A stretch of 64,000 nucleotides of DNA from Spirochaetales bacterium (GTDB lineage: Bacteria; Spirochaetota; Spirochaetia; Treponematales; UBA12059). The notes beneath the pieces were generated by a model. That model was not told where the DNA came from, did no database searches, and saw only the letters and a list, made by a program, of their open reading frames with translations. The stretch is taken from the NCBI GenBank assembly GCA_016928955.1, contig JAFGJV010000004.1, positions 124,001-188,000 on the forward strand, written 5' to 3'. The translations under genes and the position numbers were made by a program. Shown here one piece after another: positions 47,556-56,624 of this stretch; position 1 is the first letter of the stretch; each line of letters starts with the position of its first letter.

Positions 47556-49760
47556 ATGAAAACCCGTATAGCCGTCCTGATCCTGGCGCTTGTCCTGAGT
47601 TCAGGGGCCTTACTATCAGCCCAGGACAGATTTTTCACTCCGGTCAATGAAGGCTGGCGCTTCACCTTGGGCGACGATATGGCCTGGGCGGATCCTGCCC
47701 ATGACGACTCGGGCTGGGAAGCCGTGAGCCTCCCGACCAGGTTAAAGCTATCCGGGGCCGGGCAGTATTTCTGGCTGCGGGCCGAGCTTGCCGTGCCGGG
47801 CGAGCTGTCCGGCACGAATGTGTGGTTCGAGACGGGCAAGGCCATGTCTGCCTTTGACTTGTATGCCGACGGCGTGTACCTAGGCACTCGTGGGCGGCTT
47901 CCTCCGGAGTACTACTCCCGGCCTCAGGCAAACCAGACCATACTCATACCGGCAAACCTCCTGGAAGACGGTTCGGTGACCATAGCGCTCCGGTGCTACT
48001 ACAACGGCTCGGAGGCCTATTTCCCGGGCTTCAGGCTGGTCGACGACCGCCAGTCCGAATTCGTCATGCACCTCCAGAACCTGTTCAACATGCGGGTGTA
48101 CGTGATCCTGGCCGTACTCTGCCTGTTCCTTGGCGCGTATTTCATATCGCAGTTCATATCCCGGCCGGATGACAAAGCCAGCATTTTCTTTGCCCTGTCG
48201 CTCTTGTTCATAGCCATTTACTTTTACGACATGGGTGCCGAGCGGGTATTGGTTGACCCCCTGGTGCAGCGAGCGGTCGGCAGGGCTTCCCTGAGCGTTT
48301 CCATAGGCTTCTTGATGCTGTTTCTCATGAGTTTTTTCAAGTCTCCGGGCTATAAATTGGCGACGATACTGGTGCCCGCAGATATAGCCGTGTTCGGTCT
48401 GGCTTTCATGCTCAACGCCCACGACGACAGCGCCATAGACTTTGTGTTCAACCTGAGCCTTGGGCCCATTTTCCTGGTAGTCATCCTCGGCGTGCTCATA
48501 GTCCTCAGGGCGGTCAAGCTCAAGCAGAAAGACGCATGGCCTATCTTTGTGGGCCTTATCGTGGGCGTGGGTTTTGGGGTGCACGATATAATCTACCAGG
48601 TCACCGGTAACGATCCCTTTGCCTGGCTGCAAGGCTTCACGTTCTTTTCTATAGACCTTGCGGTGTTCGTGGCTATGGCGTCGCGGTCTTCCAGGTTCCA
48701 GCGCGAGCTGGACGGCTACATGCGCGAGACGTCGGAACAGCGCGACCGGTTGAGCAGCCTGGTGGCAAGCGCGGAAAAACTGGCTACCGATACGTCAGAG
48801 CTGGCCAAGGCCCTGGACTCGGCGGTGGCCGGCATGGCCTCGTCGGCGGAAAGCTCGGCGGAGGAAGCCAAGGCCATAGGCCAGGCCGTGCAGAGGCAGA
48901 CGCGCAGCGTGAGCGCCGCCGGGGAGGCGGTGTCCGGACTGGTAGCGTCGCTCAGGGAAGTAAACCACGAGCTTGAGGACGAGGCGGCCAGCATAGCCAA
49001 GACGGCGGGAGAGACGGGCGGACTGATAGAGGCCTTCCAGACCGTCGGCGAGGGCATAGACGGGGCGGCCAGTTTTGCCACGGGCCTTGACGGCCTGACC
49101 TCAGGCGGCCGCAAGGACATGGAGCTTCTGGCGGACGCAATGGGCAAGGTCAAGGATTACTCGTCAGAGATTCTGGGCGTGGTGGAAGCCGTGAACGATT
49201 TTGCCGAGCGCACCAATCTCTTGGCCATGAACGCGTCCATAGAGGCGGCCCATGCAGGCAGCTCCGGAAGAGGGTTCGGTGTTATAGCCCAGGAAATCAA
49301 GAAGCTGGCGGCCGCCAGCGCAGACCGGGCGGCCCGCATAGGCGAGATAGCCACGACCATAGACAGCGCCGTTGGCCAGGGCTTCGAACTGAGCATCAGG
49401 GTACGCGACGCCCTCACCAGGATAGCAGCAGAGGCCAGCGGCACGGCCAGCCGCGTCAAGGAAGCGGCGGCCGGCATGACGCGCCAGCGGGAATCGGGGG
49501 CGCGCATAGCGTCAGAGTCCGAGCGCCTGGCCGAGGCAGCCGCGCGCATGCGCGAGGAGGGCTCGCGCCAGACCGAGTATTCGGACCGGGTGAGCGCCAG
49601 CATGAACGAGCTGTCGGGCGCCGCCGGCGAGGTGGGCCTGGCCGCCGAGCTTATCGTCGCCAGAAACGTGGAACTGGCGGAACGGGCGGTGGCGCTGCGG
49701 GACCTGGCAACCAAGGCCAGGGGCGCGGCCGAGGACCTGGCGGCCATCATGAGGTCGTGA
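47556..49760 (+). CDS. Methyl-accepting chemotaxis protein with a jelly-roll sugar-binding-like N-domain and 7TM region
   Basis: Signal peptide, WRFTLGDD...DDSGW, WLR, about 7 TM segments, [16 protein letters not shown]. Confidence 0.88.
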   Translation: MKTRIAVLILALVLSSGALLSAQDRFFTPVNEGWRFTLGDDMAWADPAHDDSGWEAVSLPTRLKLSGAGQYFWLRAELAVPGELSGTNVWFETGKAMSAFDLYADGVYLGTRGRLPPEYYSRPQANQTILIPANLLEDGSVTIALRCYYNGSEAYFPGFRLVDDRQSEFVMHLQNLFNMRVYVILAVLCLFLGAYFISQFISRPDDKASIFFALSLLFIAIYFYDMGAERVLVDPLVQRAVGRASLSVSIGFLMLFLMSFFKSPGYKLATILVPADIAVFGLAFMLNAHDDSAIDFVFNLSLGPIFLVVILGVLIVLRAVKLKQKDAWPIFVGLIVGVGFGVHDIIYQVTGNDPFAWLQGFTFFSIDLAVFVAMASRSSRFQRELDGYMRETSEQRDRLSSLVASAEKLATDTSELAKALDSAVAGMASSAESSAEEAKAIGQAVQRQTRSVSAAGEAVSGLVASLREVNHELEDEAASIAKTAGETGGLIEAFQTVGEGIDGAASFATGLDGLTSGGRKDMELLADAMGKVKDYSSEILGVVEAVNDFAERTNLLAMNASIEAAHAGSSGRGFGVIAQEIKKLAAASADRAARIGEIATTIDSAVGQGFELSIRVRDALTRIAAEASGTASRVKEAAAGMTRQRESGARIASESERLAEAAARMREEGSRQTEYSDRVSASMNELSGAAGEVGLAAELIVARNVELAERAVALRDLATKARGAAEDLAAIMRS

Positions 49761-49776
49761 GGCAAAGACGCATCCC

Positions 49777-50625
49777 ATGAAAGACAACGGCGTGCCTCAA
49801 GGACTGCCAAGCAGGGAGCAGGCTGACGAATTCCGCAAGGCGGTGCTCGGACATTACCGGGATAAGGGGCGCGATTTTCCCTGGCGCCGCACGCGCGACC
49901 CGTGGCGCATCCTGGTATCAGAGTTCATGCTTCAGCAAACCCAGACGGACAGGGTGGTTCCTCGGTACGAGGCCTGGTTCCTGCGTTTCCCGGACGCGGC
50001 GTCGCTCGCCACGGCTTCACTGGCGGACGTGTATGGGCAATGGAAGGGCCTGGGGTACAATTCCCGCGCCCTGCGCCTGCGTGACAGCGCGCGCGCGGTA
50101 TGTTCCGATTTTGGAGGCAGGGTTCCTGACACGGAGGGCGAACTGAGAAGCCTGCCGGGGGTGGGTCCGTACACGGCCCGAGCCGTGCTTGCGTTTGCCT
50201 TTAACCGGCCGACGCTTGTGCTGGAAACCAATATCAGGGCCGCCCTTATCTTCCATTTTTTCCCTGACGCGGCTGTGGTAACGGACAGGGAACTAGAACC
50301 GGTAGCCATGGCTGTATTGGATAGGGACCAGCCGGGCCGCTGGTACCAGGCCCTCATGGACTACGGCGCCTGGCTGAAAAAACGCGAGCCCAACCCAAGC
50401 CGCAAAAGCGCGGCATATTCAAGGCAGTCGGCGTTCAAAGGCTCGCTCAGGCAGGCCAGGGGAGCCATCCTGCGCTGTCTGTCGGACTCGGGCGGCGGGA
50501 TAACGCTGACAATGGCGCGCGATGCAAGCGGGCTGGACTACGGCCGCCTAGAGCGGGCGGCTATGGCCCTGGCCGCCGAGGGTTTGGTGAGCTACGCGGA
50601 CGGCCTTGTCAGTTTTTCGGCGTAA
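49777..50625 (+). CDS. mutY: MutY-like A/G-specific adenine glycosylase lacking the Fe-S cluster motif
   Basis: FPWR, VSEFMLQQT, WKGLGY, LPGVGPYTA, ALMDYGA. Confidence 0.82.
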   Translation: MKDNGVPQGLPSREQADEFRKAVLGHYRDKGRDFPWRRTRDPWRILVSEFMLQQTQTDRVVPRYEAWFLRFPDAASLATASLADVYGQWKGLGYNSRALRLRDSARAVCSDFGGRVPDTEGELRSLPGVGPYTARAVLAFAFNRPTLVLETNIRAALIFHFFPDAAVVTDRELEPVAMAVLDRDQPGRWYQALMDYGAWLKKREPNPSRKSAAYSRQSAFKGSLRQARGAILRCLSDSGGGITLTMARDASGLDYGRLERAAMALAAEGLVSYADGLVSFSA

Positions 50626-51841
50626 ATAAGCGGCTGAAGAATTTCAGGATGGCGTCCTTGAGGCGCTGAAGCACGTTGCCCTTGGGCACGTCGCGCGCCG
50701 CGACGATATCCACGCGCCGTATGACCTGGTCGCCCCGCGTGAAGGTCAGGGTGCCGAGTTTGTCGCCCCTGGACACGGGCGCGTCTGCGTCGGGTTCCAG
50801 GTCGACGCGGCTGTCTATGCCCGCGGCCAGGTCAGCGGGCACCGTAAAAGCCGGTACCACGGCCAGTTCCAGATCGACATGGGAGCTGGCGCCTCCCCAC
50901 ACGCGCAGGGACGGAAGCTCGGGGGCCTGTGGCCTGACCGTTGTCCAGGTGGCAAACGCCCAATCCAGGATGGCCGCCCCGTCCCGAGCCCGCGTTTCCT
51001 TGCCGCCCGAACCTCCTAGGGTGACCACGATAACACGCGTGCCGTCACGCTCGGCCGTGGCTATCAGGTTGTACCCCGACTCGTCTATAAAGCCCGTCTT
51101 GAGCCCGTCGCAACCCTCATAGCGGCGTACAAGCTCGTTGCGGTTGCGCAGGACGATGCGCTGGTCCGGCGGCGGCACGCCAACCGGCATCACCTCGGGC
51201 CGGGGGAATTCCATGCTCGGGCGGCCGTGGTATGAATCCAGGGCGTCCGGGTGCAGGTTCAGGTACAGGCGCGCGAACTCGGCCATGTCACGGGCCGTGG
51301 TGATGTTCTGCTCGGACAGCCCCGAGGGTTCGACAAAGCGCGTGTGGCTGAGTCCGAGCGCGCGCGCCTCGTCGTTCATCATGCGGGCAAATTCCTCGCT
51401 TGACCCGGCCAGGACCCTGGCCACAGCAAAGGCAGCGTCGTTGCCGGACACCACGGCCATGCCCCGCAGCAGGTCGTCAAAGGTGACGCGCATGCCGGGT
51501 TCCAGGTACATGAGGGACGAGCCGTAGGGCAGGATGGGCGAGGTTTCCTCCGGGAGTATGGTGATAATGTCCGACAAGCCTATAGTGCCCAGTTCCACGG
51601 CCTTTAAGGCAACGTGCATGGTCATGAGCTTGGTAAGGCTGGCGGGGGGGATGTACAGGTCGGCGTTGCGCTCATAGAGGACATCGCCCTGGGCGTAGTC
51701 CAAGACGACAACGGCGCGGGCGTCAACGGCCGGCGGATCGGGCTGGTCGTAGGCCGCGGCGTGGGCAAGAGGGCCGGCCGCCGTCCCCAGAACGAGGGCG
51801 GCGGCCAGGATGGCTGAGAGGCGAAAGGACGCTGACCTCAT
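50609..51841 (-). CDS. D-Ala-D-Ala carboxypeptidase (peptidase S11)
   Basis: Signal peptide, PASLTK (SxxK), SGND (SxN), GLKTG. Confidence 0.92.
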   Translation of the reverse strand: MRSASFRLSAILAAALVLGTAAGPLAHAAAYDQPDPPAVDARAVVVLDYAQGDVLYERNADLYIPPASLTKLMTMHVALKAVELGTIGLSDIITILPEETSPILPYGSSLMYLEPGMRVTFDDLLRGMAVVSGNDAAFAVARVLAGSSEEFARMMNDEARALGLSHTRFVEPSGLSEQNITTARDMAEFARLYLNLHPDALDSYHGRPSMEFPRPEVMPVGVPPPDQRIVLRNRNELVRRYEGCDGLKTGFIDESGYNLIATAERDGTRVIVVTLGGSGGKETRARDGAAILDWAFATWTTVRPQAPELPSLRVWGGASSHVDLELAVVPAFTVPADLAAGIDSRVDLEPDADAPVSRGDKLGTLTFTRGDQVIRRVDIVAARDVPKGNVLQRLKDAILKFFSRLFTPKN

Positions 51842-51848
51842 CGTCGAC

Positions 51849-53237
51849 CTAGAAATCCGCCTGCTTGGGCGCCCTGGGGAACGGAATGACGTCACGGATG
51901 TTCTCCATGCCCGTAACGTAGCGCATCAGCCGCTCAAAGCCCAGGCCAAAGCCCGAATGCGGCGCCGAGCCGTAGCGCCTGAGGTCCAGGTACCACCAGT
52001 ACGACGCGGGGTCCAGATGCTTGTCCTTCATGGCGTCAAGGAGCACGTCATGACGGTACTCGCGCTCGGAACCGCCTATGATCTCGCCGATGCGCGGCAC
52101 GAGCACGTCCATGGCGCGTACGGTCTCGCCGTCGTCGTTGCGCCTCATATAGAAGGCCTTGAGGTCCCGCGGGTAATCGGTGACGATGAGCGGTCCCTTG
52201 ACCACGGTTTCCGTAAGGTAGCGCTCGTGCTCGGTCTGGAGGTCGCAGCCCCAGAAGGGCTTGAACTCAAAGTCGTCCTTACGGGCTTCCAGCTCCTTGA
52301 CGGCGTCCGTGTAGCTCATGTGGGCGAACGTGGACGACCGGACCGAGTCCAGCATGGCTATGAGGCCGGGCTGGATGCGCTTGTCGAAGAAGGCAAGATC
52401 ATCCCCGCAACGCTCGAGCGCCCAGGACAACAGGTGCTTGATGAAGGCCTCGGCCAGGTCCATGTTCTCCGGCAGTTCTGCAAAGGCCATCTCGGGCTCT
52501 ATCATCCAGAACTCCGACAGGTGCCGCGGCGTGTTGGAATTCTCGGCCCGGAAAGTCGGCCCGAAGGTATACACGCGGCCCAGGGCCATGCAGTACGTTT
52601 CCACGTTCAGCTGGCCGGACACGGATAGATACGCGCGCTTGCCGAAAAAGTCCTTGGTCCAGTCCACCGGCTCGCCGCGCTTGGCTATGGCGTCCAGGTC
52701 CAGCGTGGTCACCTGGAACATCTCACCGGCGCCCTCGCAGTCGCTGGCCGTGATGATGGGCGTGTGGACGTACTGGAAGCCGCGCTCCTGGAAGAAGCTG
52801 TGCACGGCGAACGCCATCTGGTTGCGTACCCTTGCCACCGCGCCAAAGCTGTTGGTGCGCGGTCGCAAATGGGCTATCTCCCGGAGGAACTCGAACGAAT
52901 GGGCTTTTTTCTGGAGCGGGTAGCTGTCGGCGGGGCTCGGACCGTACACGGTCAGGCCGCTGGCCTTGAGCTCCACGGGCTGGCCTGCCGCTGGGGACTC
53001 GACCAGGACGCCGGCCACAGCCACGGCCGCGCCGGTGGATACCTGCGCCAGGGAGGCGCGCGCTGCGTCGTCCAGAGAGGCGGCGTCGAACACGCACTGG
53101 AGACCGTTGAAGCAGGATCCGTCATTCAGCTCCACAAACACGGCGTTTTTGGTGTCCCTCCGGGTGCGTACCCAGCCTTTGGCCGTGATCGACGCGCCGG
53201 GTTTTGTGTCCCGGAGCACGCTTCTGATGTCCTGCAT
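51849..53237 (-). CDS. asnS: Asparagine--tRNA ligase
   Basis: [47 protein letters not shown]. Confidence 0.96.
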   Translation of the reverse strand: MQDIRSVLRDTKPGASITAKGWVRTRRDTKNAVFVELNDGSCFNGLQCVFDAASLDDAARASLAQVSTGAAVAVAGVLVESPAAGQPVELKASGLTVYGPSPADSYPLQKKAHSFEFLREIAHLRPRTNSFGAVARVRNQMAFAVHSFFQERGFQYVHTPIITASDCEGAGEMFQVTTLDLDAIAKRGEPVDWTKDFFGKRAYLSVSGQLNVETYCMALGRVYTFGPTFRAENSNTPRHLSEFWMIEPEMAFAELPENMDLAEAFIKHLLSWALERCGDDLAFFDKRIQPGLIAMLDSVRSSTFAHMSYTDAVKELEARKDDFEFKPFWGCDLQTEHERYLTETVVKGPLIVTDYPRDLKAFYMRRNDDGETVRAMDVLVPRIGEIIGGSEREYRHDVLLDAMKDKHLDPASYWWYLDLRRYGSAPHSGFGLGFERLMRYVTGMENIRDVIPFPRAPKQADF

Positions 53238-53507
53238 ACGAGTCTCCTTGATCCGGTCCCTGGCGGCGCGGTTCAGTGACGAAGTGCCCTGCCGGAACGC
53301 GGTATCCTTGCGGATGTGTCCCAGGCAAGTATGACCCTGAAACACTCCACCACTTTCATAGCATTTTATCGGCTGAAAGGTCAAAGGGATGATAAGTACA
53401 CAGATCGGAAAAAAAAGAGTATCATAGAGCTACATATTGAGACGTGATGTGCGTGGCGCTTGCGAAATCTGCAAGCAACCGCGAGCAATCGCAAAGCCAA
53501 TTTCAGA

Positions 53508-53617
53508 AGGGAGCCTCTAAAAACTTCAGTTTTTAGAGGGTTACCTTAAAAAAATCTAGCGTTTTCGGCCGAAAACGCAGGGAACCTCTAATAACCATGG
53601 GGTTTTTAGAGGTTCCC
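53508..53617. repeat. Composite palindromic repeat (REP/MITE-like), copy 2, inverted relative to copy 1
   Basis: CCTCTAAAAACTTCAGTTTTTAGAGG, then GCGTTTTCGGCCGAAAACGC, then GGGAACCTCTA...TAGAGGTTCCC. Confidence 0.85.
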
Positions 53618-53747
53618 AGAAGTAACAGACTTTTGGAATTGGCTCCATACAGAATGTAGAAAGGGTGCCGTCCGCGGAGGCAGCCTGGGAACGCAGGAAG
53701 CCGCGCCCGCACGGGGCGGCCGAAGACCAAGCATCGGAGTTGACGCA

Positions 53748-54248
53748 ATGTATTACAACGTATTTGTGGCCTATCTGCTCTTTTTTGTAGGCGGTGTTCT
53801 TGGCATACACCGTTTTTACCTCAGGAAGATACCCACCGGCATACTGTGGGCATGCAGCCTTGGTTTGGGCGGCCTGGGCCTTCTGTACGATTTCTTCACC
53901 CTGCCTGACCAGGTACGCAAAGCCAACGCCCTGCTTGCAGCGCAGGGAGGCCTGTTGCGGCCGGGTCCCGTGTACATCATCCAGAACGGCGCCGCAAAAC
54001 CAGAAGCGCCGGCCAAAAAAGAAAGCATAGAAAAAATCGCGCTGGGCATAGCGGCCCGGCACGGAGGGCTCGTAAGTCCCGGCGAGGTGGCCCTGGAAAG
54101 CGACTATACCAGCGACGCCGCCCGTTCCGCCCTGGAAAAAATGGCGGGCAAGGGCCTGTGCGAAATGCGCGTGAGGACGAGTGGCGTGATTGTGTTCAGG
54201 TTTCCTGAGTTTGACCGAGGAGAGGCAGGATTTGAGCCGGGTTTATGA
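53748..54248 (+). CDS. TM2-domain membrane protein with a C-terminal winged-helix-like domain
   Basis: AYLLFFVGGVLGIHRFYL...YDFFTLPDQV; tail IAARHGGLVSPGEVAL...FRFP. Confidence 0.8.
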   Translation: MYYNVFVAYLLFFVGGVLGIHRFYLRKIPTGILWACSLGLGGLGLLYDFFTLPDQVRKANALLAAQGGLLRPGPVYIIQNGAAKPEAPAKKESIEKIALGIAARHGGLVSPGEVALESDYTSDAARSALEKMAGKGLCEMRVRTSGVIVFRFPEFDRGEAGFEPGL

Positions 54249-54349
54249 TAGGTTCCCGGCACAAGCGCCCGAGAAACGCAATCAAGCAGAGCCAGTTGAG
54301 CGTAGTAGGAAAGCGGGCCGCCCGTGGCTGGGGCACGGCGGCTCCCCTA

Positions 54350-54388
54350 ACAGGCTGTTGGAAAGCTGTGAGGTTTTCAGCAGCCTGT
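54350..54388. repeat. REP-like hairpin (second family)
   Basis: ACAGGCTGTTGGAAA...TTTTCAGCAGCCTGT; related sequence at 7846-7880. Confidence 0.5.
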
Positions 54389-54417
54389 AGATAAACCTGT
54401 GACGGACGGAGGCGGGC

Positions 54418-54648
54418 ATGGACAGACAGGGCGACGTTATCGAGTTCAGGATCGAGAAGCACCTTGCCGTGCTGGGCGAGGGCAAGGGCGGCTGGAAGAC
54501 GGAACTCAACCTGGTCAGCTGGAACAACCGGGAACCCAAATACGACCTCCGGGCTTGGGACCCCGAGCATAAGAAGATGGGCAAGGGCATAACCCTGAAC
54601 TCAATCGAAGCAACCCGCCTGCGTGACGCCCTGTCCGCCTGCCTGTAG
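54418..54648 (+). CDS. YdbC/PC4-like ssDNA-binding protein
   Basis: GWKTELNLVSWN, KYDLRAW, KMGKGITL; GGAGG RBS. Confidence 0.88.
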   Translation: MDRQGDVIEFRIEKHLAVLGEGKGGWKTELNLVSWNNREPKYDLRAWDPEHKKMGKGITLNSIEATRLRDALSACL

Positions 54649-54655
54649 ACTCAAG

Positions 54656-54689
54656 GGAGCATCCAAAAACTGATGTTTTTGGATGCTCC
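54656..54689. repeat. Single REP-like palindrome between convergent genes (possible bidirectional terminator)
   Basis: Perfect 15-bp stem GGAGCATCCAAAAAC-tgat-GTTTTTGGATGCTCC. Confidence 0.75.
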
Positions 54690-54694
54690 TTCAG

Positions 54695-55606
54695 CTAGTT
54701 GTCGGCAAAGAGCAAACCGTACTCGCGCGGGCTCCCGGTTACGTGGGGGTGATAGTCTGCGTATTGGCCGTTGTCGTAATCGTCAGCAACCCACTGGTTC
54801 CACTGGATTTGTATATTGACGGCGGTGAAGGCAAAAAGCTCCGTGGTGGTGATGAGGCCGTCCCTGTCGGCGTCGGCGTAGCCGGGAGCTTGAAGCAGAA
54901 AGCCTGTGAAAATCCCGTGCGTGCTTGTTTCCCAGGAAAAATCCCCGGCGCCGGCGGCGGACAGGACTATATAGTCGCCGTAGCTCGCACTTGCCGCATA
55001 CGCGGCTATGGCGTCCCCGGTGGCGGGTAACTGCCAGGTGTACATGATGGAGCCGTCCGGGGTCTCGTTGGGGCCAAAGAGGGGCGGCACGCCGTCCGTG
55101 GTCGCTCCTTCCATAACAAAGCCTCCCGAGTGGCAACTGTCCAGGATCACCACCACGTGCTTAAGGCCGGCGGCCTCAAAGGCTGAGAAGAGCTCTGCTG
55201 GGTAGAAAGCCTCCAACAAGTCCAAAGAACCTCCGGTGGTAATCGAACCCCGCGGAAGTATGTACGTCGTTCCGTCGAAATCGTAAGTTCCATGCCCGGA
55301 ATAGTAGAACACGACCAGCCCATCGAAACCGGCCATGCTCGAAATATCAGCCAGAATGGCGGATTTCGTGGCATCTGCATCGGTTCTCAGGGTTGTGAGC
55401 CAGCCTTGTGTGCCAAGCATGGCGGCCATATCCTCGGCGTCGTTATCAGCTAAAGATAGATTTGGATAGGAACCTTCAGGCAAGCTGTCATCGTAGATGG
55501 ACACCCCATATAGCAACGCCACGCGGGCAGGCGCTTCGGGGATGGCGCAAGATGATAAGGCAAGAGCTAGGAGCACGGCCAGCGCTCGGCTATGTGAACG
55601 CTTCAT
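54695..55606 (-). CDS. Caspase-family (peptidase C14) lipoprotein
   Basis: Lipobox LSSC, ALLYGVSIY, YYSGHG, ILDSCHSG, HGIFTGFLL, DADRDGLITTTE. Confidence 0.88.
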   Translation of the reverse strand: MKRSHSRALAVLLALALSSCAIPEAPARVALLYGVSIYDDSLPEGSYPNLSLADNDAEDMAAMLGTQGWLTTLRTDADATKSAILADISSMAGFDGLVVFYYSGHGTYDFDGTTYILPRGSITTGGSLDLLEAFYPAELFSAFEAAGLKHVVVILDSCHSGGFVMEGATTDGVPPLFGPNETPDGSIMYTWQLPATGDAIAAYAASASYGDYIVLSAAGAGDFSWETSTHGIFTGFLLQAPGYADADRDGLITTTELFAFTAVNIQIQWNQWVADDYDNGQYADYHPHVTGSPREYGLLFADN

Positions 55607-56163
55607 GTGTTTCCTCCACCGGTAGTCCACGACACCGTGAACACGGCTTCAAAGCCTGCCGTAAAAGCGTCCGCCCTGAAATACAAAGGCAGGGACAGGC
55701 CTGCGTCCAGGGTCCAGCCAGAACCCAACCTGAAGGCGGGATAGTCGATGTCAAAGGACAGGCGCGGGTAATAGAAAAACGAGTACGAAAGGTCGTAGCG
55801 GGCCACAAAACCGCCCAGGGACAGGCCAAACCGGATACCCCCAAGGTCAGTCGGCTGGAACGACGCGCCCAGCGACAAGCCCAGCGAGGCAAAGCCCCGG
55901 TAGCGGTACCACGCGTCTGAGTAGGCGGACGGGGCCGCCCATGAGTAGCTTAGTGCCAGGTCCATGGACCAGGGCTGCCACAGCGACAGGCTCAGGGAAC
56001 CGCCCACGGTTGCATGGTTCAAGGTGTCGTATCCCGGTTCCGATGTTGCGAGCACGCCCGTATCCAGGCCGATAGACAGCCTGGCCGGCATGTCGCCGGC
56101 AAAGCCCGGGCTGAGAAAGACGAGGGTGGTTATGCAGGCTAAAAGCTGTCGGGTGGTACGCAT
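55603..56163 (-). CDS. Exported protein, probably a small beta-barrel
   Basis: Signal peptide ending GFA, aromatic-rich alternating strands; ATGA overlap with the caspase gene. Confidence 0.6.
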   Translation of the reverse strand: MRTTRQLLACITTLVFLSPGFAGDMPARLSIGLDTGVLATSEPGYDTLNHATVGGSLSLSLWQPWSMDLALSYSWAAPSAYSDAWYRYRGFASLGLSLGASFQPTDLGGIRFGLSLGGFVARYDLSYSFFYYPRLSFDIDYPAFRLGSGWTLDAGLSLPLYFRADAFTAGFEAVFTVSWTTGGGNT

Positions 56164-56252
56164 GTTGGCCTTCAACATGCCCCGGTTTTGAGCTAAAATC
56201 AAGCGAAAAGCGACGCGTTAGCGGACGGCGGCAACTTAAGGGGTGTACGGCG

Positions 56253-56624
56253 ATGGGAAGAAGTGCTCTGGTGATGGTTCTGGCGGGTATGTGCGCCGTT
56301 ATCATGGCGTCGTGTGCAGAAAGAGCGCCCGACCTTCGGCTGGAAACCACGCCGCTGATATCGGGCGGGCTTGGCTGGGTCGTGGTGGACATAGCGTACG
56401 CGCGTCTAGGAGCTGAGCCTTCATTTGAGGCCGCGGATTCAGGATACGCCCGCAGGGGCGACGTGCTCAGGATAGAGGGCAGGGACGTGGTCCACGGGGA
56501 TTCGGACCAGGGGCTGTGGTACCGCGTGGAAACGCCCGGCGGATCGGGTTGGGTCCACTGGTCGCAGGTCAGCGTGTACCAGTCACGCGAGCTTGCAGAA
56601 AAGGCAGCGGAGAGCCGCCCATGA
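56253..56624 (+). CDS. Lipoprotein with an SH3b-like domain
   Basis: Lipobox MASC, RRGDVLRI, WYRV...GWV. Confidence 0.7.
   Translation: MGRSALVMVLAGMCAVIMASCAERAPDLRLETTPLISGGLGWVVVDIAYARLGAEPSFEAADSGYARRGDVLRIEGRDVVHGDSDQGLWYRVETPGGSGWVHWSQVSVYQSRELAEKAAESRP

Noticed and set aside
53238..53500. T-box riboswitch upstream of asnS
   Set aside because: No TGGNACC T-box consensus or terminator on the minus strand; it looks like an AT-rich promoter region.
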